Shown piece after piece: positions 8,786 to 16,239 of a DNA stretch of 64,000 nucleotides. This stretch comes from Oscillospiraceae bacterium (GTDB taxonomy: Bacteria > Bacillota > Clostridia > Oscillospirales > Oscillospiraceae): contig JAFQUN010000108.1 in NCBI GenBank assembly GCA_017408525.1, forward strand, positions 2,739 through 66,738. The letters run 5' to 3'. Below the pieces are notes generated by a model. The model was not told the origin of the DNA and ran no database searches. It saw only the letters and a program-made list of their open reading frames with translations. The first letter of the stretch is position 1. Each line of letters opens with the position of its first letter. The position numbers and the translations under genes are program-made.

Positions 8786-9843
8786 AGAGATTCAACACTG
8801 TTTTTTATAATGTTGCCGCCGTCATCGTCGGTCTTGTCATCAGCGCGTGCCTCCTTTTGTTCATGGATGTCAACCCCATCGAGGTGTGCGGAAAGACGCT
8901 CGGCAAGATCCTCACTGACCGCTACAACCTCGGCGAGATCTTCGTCAAGGCGACACCGCTCATCTTTACATCCCTCGCGTTTGCGTTTACTTACAAGGCG
9001 AACCTTTTCAACATCGGTGCGCAGGGTCAGTTCACGATGGGCGCCGTCGCGGCGGTATCCATCTCCCTTGCCTTGCAGGACATCGTCCCGACGCCGATTT
9101 TGCTTATCCTCGCGCTGCTCGGTTCGTTTATCGCCGGCGCTGTGATCGGCGCGCTGATCGGTCTTGCGAAGGCGAAGTTCCAGGCGAACGAATTTCTTGT
9201 CAGTATGATGTCTACCTACGTTATCAGTGCGTTTGTCGACTATCTTCTTCGCACGTCGCTGCAGGAGACGAAGGCAGAGTATTTGCAGACGGATGCGATC
9301 GCAAAGTCTGCGTATCTGCCGAACATCATTTCCGGCACGCGCGTACATCTCGGCTTGATTTTGGCGATTTTGGTCGCGGTCGGCGTTTCCGTTCTTCTGA
9401 ACAAAACGTCGCTGGGCTTCCGCATCCGCGCTGTCGGCAAAAACCGCTTTGCAGCGGAGCTTGCGGGCATCCCGTCAAGCCGCATCTATGTTATAAGCTT
9501 CCTCATCGCGGGCGGTCTTGCAGGTCTTGCCGGCTTTACGGAGATCAACGGCGTGCAGCATATGCTGCTGCGTGAGTTCAACAGCTCCATCGGCTCGTTC
9601 GGTATCGGTATTGCGATCCTTGCAAACGGCAACCCCATCGGCTGCATCTTCGCATCCATCCTCTTCGGATTTTTGAACGTCATGGGTACGACAATGGGTC
9701 GTCTTCCGGGACTGAGCATCCCGGCGAGCATCATCGAGCTGATCGAGGGTATCGTTATGACGTGCGTTATCGCCTCGTATGCCGTTCGCATTTATGTTGA
9801 CAACAAGCGCGAAAAGCAGCGCATCAGAAAGGCGGGTGTTTGA
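8782..9843 (+). CDS. ABC transporter permease (BPD_transp_2 type)
   Basis: 353 aa and polytopic. The start overlaps the ATPase stop. Typical for BMP-type importers. Confidence 0.85.
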   Translation: MKRFNTVFYNVAAVIVGLVISACLLLFMDVNPIEVCGKTLGKILTDRYNLGEIFVKATPLIFTSLAFAFTYKANLFNIGAQGQFTMGAVAAVSISLALQDIVPTPILLILALLGSFIAGAVIGALIGLAKAKFQANEFLVSMMSTYVISAFVDYLLRTSLQETKAEYLQTDAIAKSAYLPNIISGTRVHLGLILAILVAVGVSVLLNKTSLGFRIRAVGKNRFAAELAGIPSSRIYVISFLIAGGLAGLAGFTEINGVQHMLLREFNSSIGSFGIGIAILANGNPIGCIFASILFGFLNVMGTTMGRLPGLSIPASIIELIEGIVMTCVIASYAVRIYVDNKREKQRIRKAGV

Positions 9844-10757
9844 GTATGATCGTCAATCTGTTATCCCGCACGATCATGATGAGTACGCCGCTTCTGCTCG
9901 GCTCACTCGCAGAGGTTTACGCCGAGCGCACCGGCATGATGATCTGCGCCATCGAGGGTATCTTCCTCATCGGCGCATGGGGCGGCTTTGTCGGGGCATA
10001 TATCTCCGGAAGCCTTGTTATCGGGCTTTTGACGGCGGTGATCCTCGGTATGCTGATGGCGCTTTTGTACGCGTTTGTGACCGTTACGCTCCGCCAGCAG
10101 CAGGTCGTCACCGGTACGGCGCTGAATATTCTCGCTGTCGGTGTGTGCGCATTCTTCCAGCGCGTGCTTTTCGGCGTTCCCACAACGCCGCTGCAGATCG
10201 ACGCGCTGCCGAAAATTGCCATCCCTCTTTTGAGCAAGATCCCCGTGATCGGCGAGATCTTCTTCCACCAGAACATCCTCACCTATCTTGCGTATGTGCT
10301 GATCCCCATTTCGATGTTCGTGCTTTTCAAGACCTCCCTTGGTCTTACCATCCGCTCCACCGGTGAAAACCCCGTGGCAGTCGATGTCGCGGGCATCAAC
10401 GTCAACCGAGTCCGCTTTTTGACGGTCCTCGTCGCGGGCGGTATCGGCGGACTTGCGGGCGCATTCTACACGGTGGGCTACCTGGGAATGTTTACCACGA
10501 GCATCATCGGCGGCCGCGGCTGGATCGCTTTTGCGATCTGCTTTTTGGGCAACTGGACACCCAAGGGCGCTGTGCTTGGCACACTGGCGTTCGGTCTTGC
10601 CGACGCGATCTCCATCTACTTCCGCACGGGCAGCTCTGTTGTGCCGACGGAGCTTATCATCGCGCTGCCGTATATCCTGACGATCGTTTTGACGATCTTC
10701 CGCAGCAATTTCAACGTGCCGGCAAAGCTCGGCATCCCGTACAGCAAGGAAAACTGA
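9840..10757 (+). CDS. ABC transporter permease (second subunit)
   Basis: 305 aa and polytopic. The TTG at 9840 or the ATG at 9846 is coupled to the upstream stop. Confidence 0.85.
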   Translation: MSMIVNLLSRTIMMSTPLLLGSLAEVYAERTGMMICAIEGIFLIGAWGGFVGAYISGSLVIGLLTAVILGMLMALLYAFVTVTLRQQQVVTGTALNILAVGVCAFFQRVLFGVPTTPLQIDALPKIAIPLLSKIPVIGEIFFHQNILTYLAYVLIPISMFVLFKTSLGLTIRSTGENPVAVDVAGINVNRVRFLTVLVAGGIGGLAGAFYTVGYLGMFTTSIIGGRGWIAFAICFLGNWTPKGAVLGTLAFGLADAISIYFRTGSSVVPTELIIALPYILTIVLTIFRSNFNVPAKLGIPYSKEN

Positions 10758-10784
10758 AGATGCCGCGCATTGCGCACACGGCGA

Positions 10785-10830
10785 GAAGACCGCAGGGAGA
10801 ACCATCCCCCCTGCGGTCTTCTGCATTTGG
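10785..10830 (+). terminator. Terminator of the BMP ABC operon
   Basis: AGAAGACCGCAGGG...CCCTGCGGTCTTCT hairpin followed by GCATTT. Confidence 0.65.
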
Positions 10831-10908
10831 CGGCACTATCTCTCTTGCGGAGGTTTTGCGCAATATGCCTGTATGTATTTTCCGTTCTTTAAAAAACGTC
10901 AAAAAAGG

Positions 10909-10937
10909 TTGTATTTTTGCATTTAATGTGCTATCAT
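10909..10937 (+). promoter_or_regulatory. Sigma-A-like promoter heading the glycan island
   Basis: TTGTAT (10909-10914), a 17-nt spacer, then an extended -10 TGcTATCAT (10929-10937). About 460 nt of non-coding leader follow before the first island gene. Confidence 0.45.
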
Positions 10938-11393
10938 GCGTAGATGGACAGTGCAGACTTTGCTGCGCCCGAGGGGCAGCGGAGTGGAGGGAAAAAGCTT
11001 ATATTTGGAGGATATTCTCGTGGATAAAGAGGTGTCGAGGCATCTGCGGCGAGTGGCTGAGCGATATCTGTGTTAGGATGTGTGAAATTCAATTTCTGTA
11101 TTTGAGTCGCAAATGGATAAACATGGGGGATCGCTATACCAAATGAGAGTGGTCTTCCCGTTTGTTGACGAGGTGTTGTATGGAGCGATTTTCGCACTGC
11201 AACATATGTGACATGGAGAGAGCGAGAACTAAAACCCCTTCCGTTCTGCTGCGTGGTGGAGGGAGTTGAAGCGTGCAGGCATTTTGCAAATTATTATTTC
11301 AAAATGATTTTTATACAACAGCGTATCCCTCTGAGACATGAGGGAACAGCCGCTAACGAGGAATAACAACATCAAAGTTTTTGAAAGGATATC

Positions 11394-12137
11394 GTGATTA
11401 TGAAAGTTGTGGGGATTATTCCGGCTCGTTATAAATCCAGTCGTTTTCCTGGAAAACCTCTTGCTGAGATCTGTGGAAAGCCCATGATTTGGTGGGTGTA
11501 TCAGCAATGCATGAAGGTGCCGGAACTTGACTATGTGGTAGTAGCTACGGAAGATGAAAGAATCGAAACGGAATGCAAAAAGTTGGGTGTCAATGTGATT
11601 ATGACATCGGATGAGCATCCTACAGGGACTGATCGCATTGGAGAAGTTGCCAGAAAGATCCCAGCGGATTTATATGTGAACATTCAAGGTGATGAACCTA
11701 TGATCGAACCTGAAACGATCTCAAAAGCAATTCAACCGTTCTTTTCCAATCCTGACCTTCAAGTATCTAATCTTATGACGGCCATCCAAAATCCTGTTGA
11801 TGTGGTAAACTTTACCGTCCCTAAAGTTATAACCAACCAAGAAGGAATCGGAGTTTATCTGACTCGTAGTACTGCGCCATATCCCAAGGGCAGTATTCAG
11901 TATCAGTACTACAAGCAGGTTTGCGTCTATGGCTTCAAACCTGAGGCGTTACAATTCTATTGTACAACCCCGCGCGGTAAGATCGAAAAGATTGAAGATA
12001 TCGAAATTCTGCGTTTTATTGAAAATGGATATAGGGTTCAATTTGTGGAAGTGGATTCAGAGACGACTGCGGTGGATACGCAAAATGATCTAGAGAAAGT
12101 CCGGTGTCTCATGGCAGAGAAGATCGACAGGGAGTAA
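11394..12137 (+). CDS. kdsB: KdsB-like 3-deoxy-manno-octulosonate (CMP-ulosonate) cytidylyltransferase
   Basis: MKVVGIIPARYKSSRFPGKPL...GKPMIWWV...TGTDRIGEVA...VNIQGDEPMIEP...AVDTQNDLEKV is colinear with the E. coli KdsB motifs (IIPARYASTRLPGKPL, SGTERLAEV, VNVQGDEP, GVDTPEDL). The start is GTG 11394 or ATG 11400. Confidence 0.85.
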   Translation: MIMKVVGIIPARYKSSRFPGKPLAEICGKPMIWWVYQQCMKVPELDYVVVATEDERIETECKKLGVNVIMTSDEHPTGTDRIGEVARKIPADLYVNIQGDEPMIEPETISKAIQPFFSNPDLQVSNLMTAIQNPVDVVNFTVPKVITNQEGIGVYLTRSTAPYPKGSIQYQYYKQVCVYGFKPEALQFYCTTPRGKIEKIEDIEILRFIENGYRVQFVEVDSETTAVDTQNDLEKVRCLMAEKIDRE

Positions 12138-12140
12138 CAG

Positions 12141-13730
12141 ATGAGCAAGATAAGACTATTGGACTGTACTTTGCGTGATGGAGGATATATCAACAACTGG
12201 CTTTTTGGAAGCAATAACATTAAAGAAATCTTATCAAGACTTGTTGATGCCAATATTGATGTTATTGAATGTGGATATCTATCGCAAGCGTGGAAAGAAG
12301 ACAAAAACTCAAGCCGCATGGCGAGCATCGAAATAGCTAACGAGGTAATTCCAAAATATGGAAGTTCCGATTTTGTTGCGATGATAAATTTCGGCGATTA
12401 TGCCATGGAAGATATTCCTGCCTGCACAGGCGTCGGACTAACCGGCTTACGAATTGCGTTTCACAAAAAAGACATGGAAAAGGCACTTGTCTACTGTGCA
12501 GCCATAAAAGAAAAGGGATATAAGCTCTATATACAGCCTATGGTTTCCCTAAATTATAGTGACGAAGAATTTCTGAACTTGATAGGGAAAGCGAATGAAA
12601 TTGATCCTTACGCATTTTATATGGTTGACTCTTTCGGTGCAATGAGAAAGGAAGACCTGTATCGTTTGATGTATCTGCTTGACAATAATTTGTCCGAGAA
12701 CATCAGAATAGGGTTTCATTCTCACAACAATCTCCAATTGTCTTATTCTCATGCACAGACAGTGTGCCAACATGGTCTCAGCAGGGAGGTTATTATTGAT
12801 GCATCCGTGCTCGGAATGGGGCGCGGCGCGGGGAACCTGAACACGGAATTGTTTGCGGAGTATTTGAATCGAGACCATGATGCAAATTATAACATTGTTC
12901 CGCTTCTTAAGATCGTTGACCGTGTAATCGCACCGATTTATCAAACGAAATATTGGGGCTACTCGCTCCCTTATTATCTGTCTGCATCCTATAACTGTCA
13001 CCCAAGCTATGCAGGATATCTGGATGAAAAAAAGACGCTTGCCGTTGAAAACATGGATGAAATATTTTCCATGATCGATGGAGAGCAGCGAAGCGTTTTC
13101 AACAAGGCGTATATTCGGGATCTATATGAAACCTATCAAGGAAAGAAGAGAATATTCAAAGGCAGTGATTGCCTGAGAAAGGCTTTTAGCGGGAAAGAAA
13201 TCCTGATTTTGGCACCAGGGAAGAGCGTGTTTTTAGAGCAGGAAAAGGTGTCCGCTGCGATTGCCAAAGGGATGCCTGTCGTTTCGGTCAATTTTAAGCC
13301 AAAGAATGTCAAAACAGACTATATTTTTGTCAGCAATCTTAGGCGATGGGAAACCCTTCCAAAAGAAGACGATGCGAAGATCATTGTTACATCCAATATT
13401 CAGAAGAACACGGACGGCGTGTTGGTTGTAGATTATATAGAGCTGTTGAATACAGAGGAGTATGTTAACGACAATGCGGGGCTCATGTTAATCGCTTTTT
13501 TGATAAAGCAGGGTGCTCGAAAAATACACATAGCAGGAATGGACGGATACTCTCCTCTTGCGGAGGATAACTATTTAGATGAGGGGCTGGTCATTCCGAA
13601 GCGAAGAGATGTTATTCTGAGGCAGAATGCAGGAATGGAAAGCGTGCTGGAACGGTATTCCAAGCAAATTCCTATAGAGTTTGTCACAACTCCGAGATTT
13701 GTGAGACCGGTTTTGCGTGAAAAAATCTGA
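12141..13730 (+). CDS. Fusion protein: N-terminal HMGL-like/DRE-TIM aldolase domain plus C-terminal DUF115/Maf- or sialyltransferase-like domain
   Basis: 529 aa. The N-terminus carries LLDCTLRDGGY and GFHSHNNLQL (DRE-TIM metallolyase Asp and His-x-His signatures). The C-terminal ~190 aa carry ILILAPGKSV, DYIFVSN and ARKIHIAGMDGY. These resemble the GxGPS, D..F..N and G.D motifs of CstII/Maf(DUF115)-type enzymes. That resemblance is from memory and is not verified. Confidence 0.65.
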   Translation: MSKIRLLDCTLRDGGYINNWLFGSNNIKEILSRLVDANIDVIECGYLSQAWKEDKNSSRMASIEIANEVIPKYGSSDFVAMINFGDYAMEDIPACTGVGLTGLRIAFHKKDMEKALVYCAAIKEKGYKLYIQPMVSLNYSDEEFLNLIGKANEIDPYAFYMVDSFGAMRKEDLYRLMYLLDNNLSENIRIGFHSHNNLQLSYSHAQTVCQHGLSREVIIDASVLGMGRGAGNLNTELFAEYLNRDHDANYNIVPLLKIVDRVIAPIYQTKYWGYSLPYYLSASYNCHPSYAGYLDEKKTLAVENMDEIFSMIDGEQRSVFNKAYIRDLYETYQGKKRIFKGSDCLRKAFSGKEILILAPGKSVFLEQEKVSAAIAKGMPVVSVNFKPKNVKTDYIFVSNLRRWETLPKEDDAKIIVTSNIQKNTDGVLVVDYIELLNTEEYVNDNAGLMLIAFLIKQGARKIHIAGMDGYSPLAEDNYLDEGLVIPKRRDVILRQNAGMESVLERYSKQIPIEFVTTPRFVRPVLREKI

Positions 13731-13745
13731 ACCAAGGGGGAAATC

Positions 13746-14768
13746 ATGAAAACTGTTTCGTTTGGAGAAATCATGCTCAGACTAAAGGCTCCTGGACATG
13801 AGCGATTATTTCAGGGAAACCGTTTGGAAACCTCGTTTTGTGGCGCAGAGGCGAATGTAGCGGTGAGTTTAGCCAACTATGGAGCAGACTCCCACTATGT
13901 AAGTATTCTACCCGACAATGCAATCGGAGATGCATGTATCAGAGAACTTCGCAGTTGGAATGTAAAGACGGAAGCGATTGCTAAGGTGCCGGGGCGGATG
14001 GGCATTCTCTTTCTGGAGGCGGGAGCAAACCAGCGTCCAAGTCAAGTTATGTATGATCGCTGTTTTTCTGCACTTGCCCAAGCAGCGAGTGACAGTATTG
14101 ACTGGGAGGAAGTGCTGATCAATGCAGATTGGTTTCACATATCCGGGATTACACCGGCACTTTCACCGCAGGCGGCAGAGATAGCGTTTTCTGCTGTGAA
14201 AACAGCAAAAAGGAACGGTGTGACCGTATCTTGTGACTTGAATTACCGAAAGAATCTGTGGAATTACGGGAAAACGGCTACGGAAGTCATGCCTTCATTT
14301 GTGGAACTGACAGATGTACTGATCGCCAATGAAGAAGACATTCAAAATGCATTGGGAATTACAACCGGATTTGAGGTTGACAGCGTTTTAGATAGCGAAA
14401 AGTACGAAGAATTAGCTCAAAAAGTTTTTGCGGTCTACGGGAACCTCCAAAAAATTGCGATTACGCTGCGAGAAAGCCACAGCGCCGACTGGAACGACTG
14501 GTCTGCGTGTCTATTTGAGAAAAACGCCTGCTTTATCAGCAAAAAATATAGCATTCGAAATATTGTGGATCGGGTTGGCGGCGGAGATTCCTTTGCAGCC
14601 GGATTGATCTATGGTCTGAATCACTATGCGGAAAAACAGTCTGCAATTGAATTTGCAGTAGCGGCAAGTTGTCTGAAACACAGCATTTTGGGCGATTTTG
14701 CTAGAATCAGCGCGAAAGAGGTTGAAACACTCATGAACTCTGAGGGAACGGGTCGAATCGTTCGCTGA
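13746..14768 (+). CDS. PfkB-family sugar kinase, 2-dehydro-3-deoxygluconokinase (KdgK)-like
   Basis: 340 aa. FGEIMLRL...GAEANVAVSLANYG and a C-terminal DRVGGGDSFAAGLIYG ATP-binding motif. The overall pattern is typical of KdgK. Confidence 0.75.
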   Translation: MKTVSFGEIMLRLKAPGHERLFQGNRLETSFCGAEANVAVSLANYGADSHYVSILPDNAIGDACIRELRSWNVKTEAIAKVPGRMGILFLEAGANQRPSQVMYDRCFSALAQAASDSIDWEEVLINADWFHISGITPALSPQAAEIAFSAVKTAKRNGVTVSCDLNYRKNLWNYGKTATEVMPSFVELTDVLIANEEDIQNALGITTGFEVDSVLDSEKYEELAQKVFAVYGNLQKIAITLRESHSADWNDWSACLFEKNACFISKKYSIRNIVDRVGGGDSFAAGLIYGLNHYAEKQSAIEFAVAASCLKHSILGDFARISAKEVETLMNSEGTGRIVR

Positions 14769-14802
14769 TTGACGATTGCAAGAGGAGGAGTCGGGAGCCT
14801 AT

Positions 14803-16218
14803 ATGTTAAGTCGATTTAAAAATTGGTTGAAACGGTGGCTGCCGCCAACGTCTAAGTCGTTTTATCAGGCAATGAACCGTTTGCAAAGAGAATATGAGCG
14901 GCATTTAAGCCATATTGACCATCAGTTGAATGCTCTGACAAGCCATATTGATCATCAGTTGAATACTCTGAATCAGCAACTTGCCAGTGTTCAGAAATGC
15001 GAAGAGATGCTTATTGAGGTTAATCGGGAAATAACAACACAACTGGAAACGCTGAGCGAACAGCTTATGAAGATGTGTGAGCAGGAGACGGCTGTTGCGC
15101 AGGAGCAGAACGCTCTCTTTGGCGATCTGCGGCTACAGAGCGATTTGGGAATGAAAGTGTCTGAAGATATCAAGGAGCGTTTGGAGGAAATTGTGCAGAC
15201 CCAGGCACAGAATGAGGCTGCTATACAAAAACAACAGGCAAGCCTTCTTTCTGAAGTGCGCGTTTGCCGGCGTAACTCCACTGCTCGGTATATCTACACC
15301 AACCTAACAGAAAGAGAAGCATTGGCAGAATCTTTCGCTGAAATCATGCAGGACAGCCCTGCCTTTGAAAGAAAATTCCAAAAGCTGATACGAGGATTGG
15401 ATACACAGAGTAGGCAAAATGTCATTCGCATTCTTAGCAGGATGCATAAGATTCTTGACCGAAACACCAAAGGCATTGATTTGTTCACCGAGCAAGAGCA
15501 AGAAGAATTGCGCAAAATGAAGGATGACTTTTCTGCGCAAATTCTGCAGGTGTCAGATCAAATGTACTGTTACAACGGATACTTATTACCGGTTAATCAG
15601 TTTGATGCCAGCGTATTTTACAGTCGGTACGGGTTGGAATTGGTTGAAGGTCTCGAGAGAATTAGGCAGGGAGACATTATCGATGCTGGAGGATACGTGG
15701 GAGATACCGCGTTGCTTTTCTCGTCTTTGACATCAAAAAATGTTTATGTGTTTGAGGCAGCGCCTGACAACTACGATCTGGTGCAAAAGACGGTTGCCTT
15801 AAACGGTCTAACCAATGTAGTTGCTGAAAATTTGGCGTTGGGCGCGGAGCGCTGCACCATGACTTTCAGTCTCGGAGAGAGAAATTCCTGCAATACCTTG
15901 ATAGAGCGACCGGGGTATGTTTATCCTGAACACATTGATGTTCAAGTTGTTTCTCTGGACGAATATGTCCGCGAACACAATCTGAAGGTGGGTTTGATTA
16001 AGGTGGATGTCGAAGGCGGCGAGCAGTTGGTCCTAAAAGGTGCTTTGGAAACAATTCGCCGCTTCAAACCGGTACTTTTATTCAGCATTTACCACAGTGC
16101 CAGCGATTTTTTTGACATTAAGCCGATGATTGAAGAGCTGGGCTTGGGGTATAAGTTCAAAGTGTTTAAGCCTATCAATAATGCTATTGCAATAGAAACT
16201 GTATTGATTGCAGAATAA
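14803..16218 (+). CDS. Coiled-coil protein with a C-terminal FkbM-family methyltransferase domain
   Basis: The ATG at 14803 lies behind a GAGGAGGAG RBS. The N-terminal ~230 aa are Q/E/L-rich and heptad-like, including a tandem 11-aa repeat SHIDHQLNALT/SHIDHQLNTLN. The C-terminus has DAGGYVGDTAL...VSLDEYV...IKVDVEGGEQLVLKGA, which is FkbM-like. Confidence 0.75.
   Translation: MLSRFKNWLKRWLPPTSKSFYQAMNRLQREYERHLSHIDHQLNALTSHIDHQLNTLNQQLASVQKCEEMLIEVNREITTQLETLSEQLMKMCEQETAVAQEQNALFGDLRLQSDLGMKVSEDIKERLEEIVQTQAQNEAAIQKQQASLLSEVRVCRRNSTARYIYTNLTEREALAESFAEIMQDSPAFERKFQKLIRGLDTQSRQNVIRILSRMHKILDRNTKGIDLFTEQEQEELRKMKDDFSAQILQVSDQMYCYNGYLLPVNQFDASVFYSRYGLELVEGLERIRQGDIIDAGGYVGDTALLFSSLTSKNVYVFEAAPDNYDLVQKTVALNGLTNVVAENLALGAERCTMTFSLGERNSCNTLIERPGYVYPEHIDVQVVSLDEYVREHNLKVGLIKVDVEGGEQLVLKGALETIRRFKPVLLFSIYHSASDFFDIKPMIEELGLGYKFKVFKPINNAIAIETVLIAE
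14908..14973 (+). repeat. Tandem 33-nt (11-codon) repeat within the coiled-coil region
   Basis: AGCCATATTGACCATCAGTTGAATGCTCTGACA followed by AGCCATATTGATCATCAGTTGAATACTCTGAAT. Confidence 0.9.
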
Positions 16219-16239
16219 ATGAAAAGTTGGTGAAGGTAA

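Noticed and set aside
10760-11197. Cys-rich 128-aa ORF (+) and 87-aa ORF (-) in the island leader.
   Set aside because: The + ORF starts inside the upstream terminator hairpin and has no RBS. Neither resembles a known family. Both are treated as non-coding leader, but see the leader finding.
10940-11390. c-di-GMP, c-di-AMP or other known riboswitch in the glycan-island leader.
   Set aside because: No convincing match to the conserved cores I know (GEMM, ydaO, etc.). The claim is kept generic.
11229-11618. 129-aa minus-strand ORF overlapping the kdsB-like start.
   Set aside because: It lies antisense to a gene with an unmistakable KdsB N-terminus, and it has no RBS or motif.
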